Shown: positions 7,445 to 15,923 of the stretch, one piece after another
Layout: the number at the start of each line of letters is the position of its first letter
How positions within the stretch are numbered: position 1 is the stretch's first letter
Assembly: GCA_017882055.1 (NCBI GenBank)
Contig: JADGQE010000001.1
Location: 1 to 36,016 of the forward strand
DNA length: 36,016 bases
From: Thermoflexales bacterium
Lineage (GTDB): Bacteria > Chloroflexota > Anaerolineae > Fen-1058
Reading direction: 5' to 3'
Notes under the pieces: model-generated
What the model saw: the letters and a program-made list of their open reading frames with translations, nothing else
What the model was told of the DNA's origin: nothing
The model's database searches: none
Translations under genes and position numbers: made by a program

Positions 7445-9679
7445 CTACGCCATCATGCCTGATCCGGCAATGGCTCCTGCATCATCGTCGTGATAATGAA
7501 TGGGCGCAGGCTGTAACAGCAAATCGCGTCGATCGCCCCAACGATGCAGGAAGCGATAGAAATTGCGCTTGCTCTTGCGATCACGCTCGTCGGGCGGCGT
7601 GTTGTTCCAGATGCGATGCTCGTGCTGAATCGTCGCCGCTTTCAATTCTGGAATCACGATCACGCGCTGCCCCAAATCCGAAAAGCGCAGGCTGAAATCC
7701 AGATCGAGATGGCGATAGAAGCGGTACTTTTCATCGAGTAACTTGACCCGCCGGAGATCCGCGCGCCGAAAGGCCATGAGATAAGCCTCGACCGCGTCCA
7801 CATCAGGACCAGGCGCTGATTCGAAGTTGCGCAGATCGCCCGAGCGCACGCCCCAGCCGCCGCACACGCCGACTTCAGGATCAGCCAACGCTGTGGCAAT
7901 CGGCGTGAAAATGTCGCCGGCCACTTCGACGTTGTTGCCCAGCATGATCACAATTCGACCTTGACTACGCAGCAAGCCCGCATTGCGCCCGGCCGCTTCA
8001 CCCACCCAGTGATCGATCCATAACGGGTGGACTTCAGAATGCGCCTTGGCCAATCGCTCGACGATCTCCGCCGTGCCGTCGCTGGAACCGTTATCGATCA
8101 ACACAATCTCAAGCGAGCGATCGCCCCTGTGCCTCAGTACGCCCTCAACACCGCGCTCGATCTCATCGGCATTGTCCCAGGCTAGCAAATTGACCGAGAA
8201 CTCAAAACGATCGGACTGGTCCAATAACGACTTCACTTCCGAAATCTTGGTCACCACATTCGGGCGCGTTATCGGATCGAGCGTGCCGCGATAACGCGTG
8301 TGCCCATTGTCACGACTATCTAATACTCTGAAGCCTTCAGACTCAATCGAGGCACGCAGTCGATCGCTGTCTGCATACTGCCGCTGCTTACGCAAGTCGC
8401 CATGTTGAACGACCTGCACCGCAATCGGCCGGGGCAAATCTCGATGCGGCGCCAACCACTCGCGCAAGCCAAGCCCCAACACTTCGTCGAACTCAAATAC
8501 CAACTGAAGCTTGCTCGCCGCAACCAGATCGGACTTCAGCATCGCCCACATCGCAGCCAGTGCCATCGGCAGATTCGCATCATCGGCGAGTGCCTCGTCA
8601 AACGCCTGGCGATGTTCGGCCTCAGCGAATTGATCGCGTGCGCTATCCGCTTGCACGCGATCGAGTTCGATCGCCCACTCACGCAATCGTCCCAAAGCAC
8701 GCTGTGCACCGCGCAAGGCATCAAATGTGAAATTGAGTCGCGTTCGATAGTGCGTCGTGGCATACAAGTAACGCAGTGACAACGGATCGAAGCCGCGCGC
8801 CATCAAATCGACCAGGCGATAATCGTTACGCGTGGACTTCGCCATCTTCAAGCCATCGACCAACAGATGTTGGCCGTGAATCCAATAGTTGACGAAGGGC
8901 CTGCCCGTCGCGCCTTCACTCTGCGCGATCTCGTCCTCGTGGTGCGGAAAGATCAGATCGACGCCGCCCGTGTGAATATCGATCTGTTCGCCAAGGTGCT
9001 TGAATGACATCGCGCTGCATTCGATATGCCAGCCGGGAAAGCCGTCGCCCCACGGGCTGGGCCACTTCATCACGCGGCCCGGCTCAGCCGCTTTCCACAG
9101 CGCAAAATCTTCGGTGGCCAGCTTATCCGTAGCGATGTCGCCACGCACCCCGCCGAGCAAGCCGGTCAATTCGTTGCGCGACAGACGGCCATAGTTTGGG
9201 AATGCGGATACGTCGTAATAGATCGTGCCATCGACTTCGTAGGCCAGCCCTTTCGCCAACAACCGCCGGGTAATGTCAATCATCTCGGGGACATGATCGG
9301 TCGCACGCGGAAAGACGTGCGCGGGCAAAATATTGACTTTGGCTTCGTCCTCCATAAAAGCCTGCGTATAAAACGCTGCGATTTCCAGCGGCTGCTTGCC
9401 TTCTTTGCGCGCTGCCGCAATCATCTTGTCCTCGCCGCGATCGAGCATCTCCTGCCGCATGTGACCGACATCGGTGATATTCTTGACATGCCGCACTTCG
9501 TAGCCGAAATGCACCAGCGTCCGCCGCAGCCAGTCGGCCAGCATGAACGAGCGCAAATTACCGATGTGAATGAAGCGATAGACCGTCGGCCCGCAAGTGT
9601 ACAGTCGCACTTTGCCCGGCTCGATCGGACGAAAGACGTCTTTAGTGCGCGTGAGTGTGTTATAGAGACGCAGTTCCAT
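7445..9679 (-). CDS. cysS: Cysteine--tRNA ligase fused to a C-terminal GT2-type glycosyltransferase domain
   Basis: ATG at 9679 (MELRLYNTLTR). CysRS motifs are CGPTVY..HIGN, WHIECS, KMAKS, the anticodon-domain DDANLP and a C-terminal helical tail. About 250 further residues carry VLIDNGSSDGT and other GT-A-like features. The GT2 part spans roughly 7445-8215. Confidence 0.9.
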   Translation of the reverse strand: MELRLYNTLTRTKDVFRPIEPGKVRLYTCGPTVYRFIHIGNLRSFMLADWLRRTLVHFGYEVRHVKNITDVGHMRQEMLDRGEDKMIAAARKEGKQPLEIAAFYTQAFMEDEAKVNILPAHVFPRATDHVPEMIDITRRLLAKGLAYEVDGTIYYDVSAFPNYGRLSRNELTGLLGGVRGDIATDKLATEDFALWKAAEPGRVMKWPSPWGDGFPGWHIECSAMSFKHLGEQIDIHTGGVDLIFPHHEDEIAQSEGATGRPFVNYWIHGQHLLVDGLKMAKSTRNDYRLVDLMARGFDPLSLRYLYATTHYRTRLNFTFDALRGAQRALGRLREWAIELDRVQADSARDQFAEAEHRQAFDEALADDANLPMALAAMWAMLKSDLVAASKLQLVFEFDEVLGLGLREWLAPHRDLPRPIAVQVVQHGDLRKQRQYADSDRLRASIESEGFRVLDSRDNGHTRYRGTLDPITRPNVVTKISEVKSLLDQSDRFEFSVNLLAWDNADEIERGVEGVLRHRGDRSLEIVLIDNGSSDGTAEIVERLAKAHSEVHPLWIDHWVGEAAGRNAGLLRSQGRIVIMLGNNVEVAGDIFTPIATALADPEVGVCGGWGVRSGDLRNFESAPGPDVDAVEAYLMAFRRADLRRVKLLDEKYRFYRHLDLDFSLRFSDLGQRVIVIPELKAATIQHEHRIWNNTPPDERDRKSKRNFYRFLHRWGDRRDLLLQPAPIHYHDDDAGAIAGSGMMA

Positions 9680-9721
9680 TGCTCGTTTCTCGTGATCCGC
9701 AAATTGACGCGAATCTGCGCG

Positions 9722-9763
9722 AATAAAAACGCGGAGCACATGCTCCGCGCTTGATTGTAACAT
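9722..9763 (-). terminator. Rho-independent terminator with a conserved 18-nt 5' flank
   Basis: Minus strand reads ATGTTACAATCAAGCGCG, then stem CGCGGAGCA / TGCTCCGCG (9730-9749), then TTTTTATT. The 18-mer at 9746-9763 is identical to the one at 11670-11687. Confidence 0.7.
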
Positions 9764-9775
9764 GTTCCGTCCAGT

Positions 9776-10255
9776 TCATCTATTTTTCAGTTCCCGCAGA
9801 GACCGCACGGGCGAACGATAACCGGCCTCGACCATCTCCGTTAACAACTGATCGGCTAGCGCCAGATCAAGATATTCCTCGTCCACTGACGCCTGCAAAA
9901 TACCCAACGTGCCGGAAATCGGAATCACCATGAGTTGAGCCAGCCGCCGCGCATCACGGTCATCCGTCAGAAACATCCAATTGCGCGCCGAAGCGACGGC
10001 CAGACAGGCGGCTTCTCCCGCATCGACAGTCCGGCGCAGGCGGGCAGCCAAAGCGCGCTCTCCACTTGTTAATTGTACTTGTCTTAACCAGGACCACTGG
10101 CCTTCCGGAATGCGGTGCAGTCGCTCACCCGCTTTGAGTTCGGTCAGCACTTCGCCGGGAGCAACCACTTCAGGGTCAAACAGGCGTCGCAACAAATCAG
10201 AACGCCGTACATTGGCCAGGTTGCTTAAAACGGTGTTATTGACGATGGCGCGCAT
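9776..10255 (-). CDS. DUF3368-type PIN-like protein (putative toxin)
   Basis: ATG at 10255 (MRAIVNNTVLSNL). It has the PIN-like acidic pattern (..D.GEA..L.. and LTDD..AR). It pairs with an upstream UPF0175 gene, which is the usual arrangement. Confidence 0.7.
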   Translation of the reverse strand: MRAIVNNTVLSNLANVRRSDLLRRLFDPEVVAPGEVLTELKAGERLHRIPEGQWSWLRQVQLTSGERALAARLRRTVDAGEAACLAVASARNWMFLTDDRDARRLAQLMVIPISGTLGILQASVDEEYLDLALADQLLTEMVEAGYRSPVRSLRELKNR

Positions 10256-10586
10256 GCGGCTTTTTATCCTGTGTCTTCTTGATCGTCCGCCATTGACGAA
10301 GCGCGTCAACTTCAGCTTTGGCCTCCTCGCGCGTCGCTGCGCCCACCCGAATGGGGATGCCTAACCCGGCAAAACGCTCTTGTAATTCAAGCCGATGCAT
10401 CCCTAATAGTTCTGCGGCTTTGCCCAAGTTGATCACTTCGTCCAAATACGCACTGACCACGAGCGACCATTGCAACGCGCTATCCTCGCGCAGCGTTTTC
10501 TCAAGCGCAGATTGCACGAGGTCGGGTTGTCGTTGATGCAGTTTGACCAGTTCGGTCAAAGCCCAGTCATAAGATTGAACGGCCAT
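10236..10586 (-). CDS. UPF0175 family antitoxin-like protein
   Basis: Has the characteristic LG.AAELLG....L segment. A strong GAGGAGG Shine-Dalgarno sequence precedes the ATG. The gene overlaps the downstream PIN-like gene by 20 nt. Confidence 0.7.
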   Translation of the reverse strand: MAVQSYDWALTELVKLHQRQPDLVQSALEKTLREDSALQWSLVVSAYLDEVINLGKAAELLGMHRLELQERFAGLGIPIRVGAATREEAKAEVDALRQWRTIKKTQDKKPHARHRQ

Positions 10587-10607
10587 TTACGCCTCCTCAT
10601 TAGCGGT

Positions 10608-10649
10608 GGATGAATCAGTACCGTAATTATAACGCAAAGCGATTCATCC
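10608..10649 (-). promoter_or_regulatory. Probable autoregulated promoter/operator of the UPF0175/DUF3368 pair
   Basis: A perfect 9-bp inverted repeat, GGATGAATC (10608-10616) / GATTCATCC (10641-10649), brackets a minus-strand TATAAT (10626-10631). The -35 box is weak. Confidence 0.5.
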
Positions 10650-11588
10650 TAACACCGCCTCAATTTGCTCCACCACGCTCTTTTGTGCCGTCCCGTCTCC
10701 TGGCTCGCGCTCACGTGCGATACGCTCCGCTTCCAAGAGCGGGATGCCTTCGGGAATGGGTGAAATCGTGTCCGGGCGCGGCGTGCCGATGTCGTTGACG
10801 CCCGTCTTCCACCAATCGCGCAACGCGATCAACATCTGCCGTCCTTCTTCGCCGCATTCCAAACAGTACGGAATGATAGGTCGCAGGGGCGACCCTTGTG
10901 GTCGCCCGCTCAACACCTCGTCTAGCAAGAAGCGATTGTAGCGCAAGGCATAGACCATTGCCTGCTTGAAATAGTCGAGCGCGGTGAGACCTTCGAGGTT
11001 TCGCGCCAGCGCCTCGAAGGTCTGGGCTTGCGTCAGCCGCAGCGACGCGAAATGATCGTTGTATTCGTACTGCTGTGCCAGTTGCTCCGCCTCCGCGAGC
11101 AGTGACGGGATGGCGGCATAATCCCCCTGTGCGTGCTTGACGCGGACGAGACCAGTGAACGCACCGCCTGCCGCCTCTGCTGTTTTCGATGTGGCTTTGC
11201 CCGCAATGTCCGCCATTCGACCGCGCGCGTCTTTTGCCTTTTTCGACTGCTCATCCACCTTCGCCTGAATCGCGCAGTAATGCTCGAGCGTTTTGCCGAA
11301 TGACAGGAACGCGACGCCGTCTGCTTTCAAATCCTCCGTCCAACGCGCAAGAATGTCGAAGGCAGATTTCGCCTCATCGCCCGACGCGAGCGCGACGGGG
11401 ACATTCACGCTTTTGCAGTGCAAGCGAAACATTCGCAAGAGTGACGACTTACCCACTCCGCCAACGCCGTGAATGACGAGCAATCTTCTATCAAGTGTTG
11501 GTGTAGCGACAGAATTCTTGAACGCGTCGCGCAAGCGTACAACATCGGTGAAATAGGCGAGCAGGTCTTCGTCAAATGTGGAGGGCAT
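10644..11588 (-). CDS. P-loop NTPase resembling a shortened STAND/NB-ARC-type ATPase with a helical-repeat C-terminus
   Basis: ATG at 11588 (MPSTFDEDLL). The 85-codon upstream extension in the ORF track overlaps lpdA and is rejected. Walker A is GVGGVGKSSLL. I could not find a clear Walker B. Confidence 0.7.
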   Translation of the reverse strand: MPSTFDEDLLAYFTDVVRLRDAFKNSVATPTLDRRLLVIHGVGGVGKSSLLRMFRLHCKSVNVPVALASGDEAKSAFDILARWTEDLKADGVAFLSFGKTLEHYCAIQAKVDEQSKKAKDARGRMADIAGKATSKTAEAAGGAFTGLVRVKHAQGDYAAIPSLLAEAEQLAQQYEYNDHFASLRLTQAQTFEALARNLEGLTALDYFKQAMVYALRYNRFLLDEVLSGRPQGSPLRPIIPYCLECGEEGRQMLIALRDWWKTGVNDIGTPRPDTISPIPEGIPLLEAERIAREREPGDGTAQKSVVEQIEAVLG

Positions 11589-11644
11589 ATTCTTCCTCGA
11601 GTATCTTACGGAAAATCTTGCAGGCCACCGAGACTTGCAAGAGA

Positions 11645-11687
11645 AGACAAAAGCGCGAGGCAGGTGCCTCGCGCTTGATTGTAACAT
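11645..11687 (-). terminator. Rho-independent terminator with the same 18-nt 5' flank
   Basis: Minus strand reads ATGTTACAATCAAGCGCG, then a GAGGCA..TGCCTCGCGCTT stem, then TTTGTCTT. It lies after the lpdA stop. Confidence 0.65.
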
Positions 11688-11713
11688 AGAACCGATCCAC
11701 GAATGCATGCGCA

Positions 11714-13117
11714 TTATTGGTGAATCGACTGTCCCTCCACTGCCTCTGCGGCCTCCATCATGGCTTCGCCGAGAGTCGGATGGGCATGCACCGATCGAGC
11801 CACTTCGTGCGGCGTGAGTTCGTAATTGCGCGCCAGCACCCATTCGGGCAGCAGTTCGGTGACTTCAGGGCCGATCATGTGTACGCCCAGGATTTCACCG
11901 TACTTCGCATCGGCGATGACTTTGACAAAGCCATAAGCTTCGCCCAGGCCAAGGGCTTTGCCGTTCGGCTGGAAGTTGAACTTGCCGACCTTAATTTCGT
12001 GGCCCTTCTCTTTCGCCTGCTTCTCGGTCAAACCCATCGACGCGATCTGCGGCTGGCAGTAGTAGCAGCGCGGCATTGCGTCGTAATCCAACTCGACCGT
12101 TTCCGCGCCTGCGATCGTTTCCGCCGCGACGATGCCCTGCGCCGATCCGACGTGCGCCAGCATCAGTTTCGCATTCACATCGCCGATGGCATAAATATTC
12201 GGCACGTTCGTATGGAAGTGATTGTCGACGACGATCGCGCCGCGTTCGACTTTGACGCCGGCCTTTTCCAGTCCGATGTTTTCGCTGTTCGGCGCAAACC
12301 CGATCGCGATCAATGCCTTATCGGCCTTGATCGTTTGGCCGCCCGCCTTGACTTCGACGCCGCCTTCGACTTGAGTCAGTGACTCAACTTTCGTATTGGT
12401 CAACACCTGAATGCCCTGCTTCTTGAGGTGCCTGGCCAGTTCGGCGCTGACTTCCTCGTCTTCGAGCGGCACGACATTCGGCAGCATCTCGATAATCGTC
12501 ACGTCCGATCCGTACGCTCGAAACACGTAGCCGAACTCTACGCCGATCGGCCCGGCGCCGATGATCACGATCGATTTCGGCGGCTGCGTGATCTCCAGCG
12601 CGTGGCGATAGGTGATGATGGCTTCGCCGTCGATTGTCACACCCGGAATGCTGCGGGCGCGCGCACCGGTGGCGATGATAATATTCTTTGATTCGATCAC
12701 GCCATCAAACTTTTGGCCGTTGACGGCGGGCGCATCGGGTGCCGAAGCGATCTCGATATGTGTCGCGTCTTTGAGTTTGCCTGTGCCCTGATACACCTCG
12801 ATCTTGTTCTTCTTCATCAAGAACTGCACGCCCTTGACGAGTCGATCGGACACCTGGCGGCTGCGTTTATGCGCGACCGAGTAGTCGAGCTGGAGGTTCT
12901 CGAACGTGAAGCCGAACTCTTTGCCGCGCGTCAACAAGTTGGCCAGCTCGGCATTGCGCAGCAGCGCCTTCGACGGAATGCAGCCCCAGTTCAGGCACAC
13001 CCCGCCGAGATGTTCTTTCTCGACAAGCGCCGTTTTCAGCCCCAACTGCGCGGCGCGAATCGCGGCGACGTAGCCGCCCGGCCCGCCGCCAATTATCGTT
13101 ACATCGTAAGTCGTCAT
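11714..13117 (-). CDS. lpdA: Dihydrolipoyl dehydrogenase (E3)
   Basis: Has GGGPGGY, the redox-active GGVCLNWGCIPSK disulfide motif, a second Rossmann fold (GAGPIGVE) and the C-terminal HAHPT..E motif. Confidence 0.95.
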   Translation of the reverse strand: MTTYDVTIIGGGPGGYVAAIRAAQLGLKTALVEKEHLGGVCLNWGCIPSKALLRNAELANLLTRGKEFGFTFENLQLDYSVAHKRSRQVSDRLVKGVQFLMKKNKIEVYQGTGKLKDATHIEIASAPDAPAVNGQKFDGVIESKNIIIATGARARSIPGVTIDGEAIITYRHALEITQPPKSIVIIGAGPIGVEFGYVFRAYGSDVTIIEMLPNVVPLEDEEVSAELARHLKKQGIQVLTNTKVESLTQVEGGVEVKAGGQTIKADKALIAIGFAPNSENIGLEKAGVKVERGAIVVDNHFHTNVPNIYAIGDVNAKLMLAHVGSAQGIVAAETIAGAETVELDYDAMPRCYYCQPQIASMGLTEKQAKEKGHEIKVGKFNFQPNGKALGLGEAYGFVKVIADAKYGEILGVHMIGPEVTELLPEWVLARNYELTPHEVARSVHAHPTLGEAMMEAAEAVEGQSIHQ

Positions 13118-13159
13118 CGTAGCTCCTGACAGAATAATGTTTTCAAAATCAAATGAGGT

Positions 13160-14479
13160 TCAGCGCACCTTGCGAATCTTGCGAACGAACACAGTGCCCA
13201 GCACAAAGTAGAGCACCGCCACCGAGAAGATAACAGTATAGCCGAGATTCGGCGTACCTTGCTGCTGCCCAACGCGCTGGAAGTTATCGAGCAGGAAACC
13301 GGCAATCGGCGTAGCCACCACCTGCGGGAAGGTATCGGCCACGTGCCACACGCCCATGTCCTTGGCGTGATCTGCTTCGGATGGCAGCGCATCGCTGGCC
13401 AGCGCCCAATCGACCGAGCTATAAGCCCCGTAGCCCAGACCAAACACAATGCCAAGTCCAACCATCAAGCTGAACGGTCCGCCGAAGATCAGGATAAATG
13501 GCACGATTGCCTGCAACGCACTCGAAATGTAGATCATCTTTTTGCGGCCAAATTTATCAGACAAGATACCGGCCGCCAGCGAGCTAGGGACTGCACCGGC
13601 CAGCAGCGCAATGAGAAAGAAGGATACTGCCGACTCCGGATTCTCCGCCATGCGACTGCCGAACAGCGTAAAATCTTTCACGACATCACGCGCGTAATAC
13701 TGCAAAAATTCCTGCACCGTGAAAGTGCCCATAATGATCAAGAAGCGCGTCCAGAATACCCAGCGAAAATCATGGTCACGCAGCGGCGAGATAAGACTGC
13801 GCGCGAATTCGCCCCACTTGAGCGGTGGGGGTGTCTGCGTGACTAATGGCTCTTTTACAAAAGCGACCGTGCCGAGCATACCCAGCAGCATGATCGCCGC
13901 GGTGAAGTAATAAATGCTGGTGATATTCACCACCCCCTTCTGAGTGAATATCAAAGCGGCTGCGCCGCCGACAAAACTGCCCAGCATGTTCATCAGGCCA
14001 TACCAGCCCGAGGCGCTACCGCGTTGTTCGGGTGGAACGAGGTCGGGAATCAATGCTGCGTAAGGCGCAGTTGCTACGTTATTCCAGAACTCCACCCACA
14101 TGAACGCGAGGATGAACAGCGGCAGCGAAGACAGATCGTTCTGGCGCGGAAAGTGGGCCAATCCGAACAGCCCCAGGATGTTCATCAGCGTGCCGATGAC
14201 GAGCCAGGGACGGCGTCGCCCCCAGCGCGTAACCCATCGATCACTAATCGCTCCAAAGATCGGGGCAACTACCATCGAGACGAACGCGCCGACCAACAGC
14301 ACGGTGCCGAGCGTCTGGCCTTTGATTTGATCGCCGCCGATGAAGAAAGATTGATTGGGCAGCGTCGTGATCAGAATCGCTGCCCACTGCATGTTGGTCG
14401 CAAACCAGAACAGCGACAGCATGGCTTGCCGAAAGTGACTGAGGCGGGGACGTGGGGCGAGGCTGGCAGTTGTCGTCAT
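13160..14479 (-). CDS. MFS-type transporter
   Basis: About 12 predicted hydrophobic helices. An RWGRRRP loop follows TM2, which is an MFS signature position. Confidence 0.85.
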   Translation of the reverse strand: MTTTASLAPRPRLSHFRQAMLSLFWFATNMQWAAILITTLPNQSFFIGGDQIKGQTLGTVLLVGAFVSMVVAPIFGAISDRWVTRWGRRRPWLVIGTLMNILGLFGLAHFPRQNDLSSLPLFILAFMWVEFWNNVATAPYAALIPDLVPPEQRGSASGWYGLMNMLGSFVGGAAALIFTQKGVVNITSIYYFTAAIMLLGMLGTVAFVKEPLVTQTPPPLKWGEFARSLISPLRDHDFRWVFWTRFLIIMGTFTVQEFLQYYARDVVKDFTLFGSRMAENPESAVSFFLIALLAGAVPSSLAAGILSDKFGRKKMIYISSALQAIVPFILIFGGPFSLMVGLGIVFGLGYGAYSSVDWALASDALPSEADHAKDMGVWHVADTFPQVVATPIAGFLLDNFQRVGQQQGTPNLGYTVIFSVAVLYFVLGTVFVRKIRKVR

Positions 14480-14526
14480 GATCTCTCACATGAGCCGGGG
14501 CGCACGACTACCCTCCCCGACAAGCT

Positions 14527-15849
14527 CTACACCCAGTTTTCCAATACCTGTTTGATGGCGGTCACGAAGTTATCCGCCGAATTGCCATCGAGAATGCGAT
14601 GATCGAAGGTCAGTCCGACGTAGACCATCGGCTTAATGGCGATTGAATCGACGCCGGCCTGTGTCACCACGACGACGCGCTTTTCGATTTTGCCAACCCC
14701 AAGGATACCACATTGCGGCTGATTGATGATGGGCGTGGCAAACAAACTGCCTGAAGCACCGTGGTTCGTGATGGTGAAGGTACCGCCCTGCACCTCATCC
14801 GGCTTGAGCTGTTTGCGCCGCGCCCGATCGGCCAGATCATTCACCGCGCGCGCCAGCCCCAGCAGATTCATCGAGTCAGCATTTTTGATCACTGGCACGA
14901 TCAAACCGTCCGCGCCTAAAGAGACTGCGATGCCGAGATTGATCGCGCGGTGCAAAACGATGCCGGTATCCGTCCACGCTGAATTGACCAGCGGATTCTG
15001 CTTGAGCGCCGCGATCGTCGCCGCCACGAAATAGGGCGTGAAAGTGAGGTTCACACCATCGCGTTCGAAGAGCGCTTTGTTAGCCGTGCGATGCGCCACC
15101 ACCTTCGTCAGATCGACTTCAAACACCGTCGTAACATGCGGGCTGGTGCGCTTCGACGCCACCATATGCTCGGCGATCGCGCGGCGAATGCCCGTCAGCG
15201 GCACAGTCTCACCAGGCAGAAGCGCAGGTGCAGCCGGAGTAGTTGGTTTGCCAAAGACTTCTTCGCTGGGGCGGAAGAGTTCGCCAAGGCCAGGTTGTTC
15301 CCACGGTTCGAGCTGTGGCTCGACCCTTGCCCGTTGACCTTCGCCCTGCGCAGGCTGAGAAGAACTCTGCTTTTCGATATAAGCCAGAATGTCTTTCTTA
15401 GTGACGCGGCCACCTTCGCCTGTGCCAGAAATTTGCGACACATCGACATGATATTCGGCGGCGATGCGGGCCACGACCGGCGAGATGCGCGCACCTGCGC
15501 CTTTACCATTGCCGTTGCCTGTTGTCCCGGCCACCGCACTCGCTTGAGCGATACCGGCCATAACCGGCTCCAGTGCGGGGGTGCCTGATGCGCCGCCCGG
15601 CGGAGTTTCACCTGCTGCACCAATGAAGGCGATTTGTGTGCCGGCCTTGACGACGTCACCTTCTTTGAAGTATAGCTTGAGCACCGTGCCCTCGGTTGCT
15701 GCAGTGACTTCCGTCGTGACCTTGTCGGTCTCCACTTCCAGAATCGGCTCATACAGTTTGACCTGATCGCCGACTTTCTTCAACCACTGGCTGATCTTGC
15801 CTTCGACAACACTCTCCCCGAGTTGAGGCATGATAACTTGAGTTCCCAT
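14527..15849 (-). CDS. Dihydrolipoamide acyltransferase (E2) of a 2-oxoacid dehydrogenase complex
   Basis: ATG at 15849 with GGGAGAG upstream. Has a lipoyl domain (VETDKV), a peripheral subunit-binding domain (SPVVARIAAEYHVD) and catalytic DHRILDG. Confidence 0.92.
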   Translation of the reverse strand: MGTQVIMPQLGESVVEGKISQWLKKVGDQVKLYEPILEVETDKVTTEVTAATEGTVLKLYFKEGDVVKAGTQIAFIGAAGETPPGGASGTPALEPVMAGIAQASAVAGTTGNGNGKGAGARISPVVARIAAEYHVDVSQISGTGEGGRVTKKDILAYIEKQSSSQPAQGEGQRARVEPQLEPWEQPGLGELFRPSEEVFGKPTTPAAPALLPGETVPLTGIRRAIAEHMVASKRTSPHVTTVFEVDLTKVVAHRTANKALFERDGVNLTFTPYFVAATIAALKQNPLVNSAWTDTGIVLHRAINLGIAVSLGADGLIVPVIKNADSMNLLGLARAVNDLADRARRKQLKPDEVQGGTFTITNHGASGSLFATPIINQPQCGILGVGKIEKRVVVVTQAGVDSIAIKPMVYVGLTFDHRILDGNSADNFVTAIKQVLENWV

Positions 15850-15877
15850 GAGTCTCTCCCTCACACTTGCATTATCG

Positions 15878-15923
15878 AATGTAATGCGTACTGCGTAATA
15901 CGTATTTCCTTACGCATTACATT
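15878..15923. repeat. Perfect 13-bp inverted repeat (AATGTAATGCGTA / TACGCATTACATT) with a 20-nt loop
   Basis: Arms at 15878-15890 and 15911-15923. It fills the gap between the E1 beta stop and the E2 start. It shares the TACGCAWTAC word with the 1733-1779 hairpin. Confidence 0.85.

Noticed and set aside
9026-9754. 242-aa plus-strand ORF
   Set aside because: It is antisense to cysS and has no recognisable motifs.
9680-9775. T-box or other riboswitch leader upstream of cysS
   Set aside because: Only about 45 nt lie between the terminator and the start codon. That is far too short for a T-box, and no specifier or antiterminator features were seen.
11589-11843. 85-codon N-terminal extension of the P-loop protein ORF (track start 11843)
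   Set aside because: The extension overlaps the 3' end of lpdA and crosses a terminator hairpin. ATG 11588 begins the recognisable protein.
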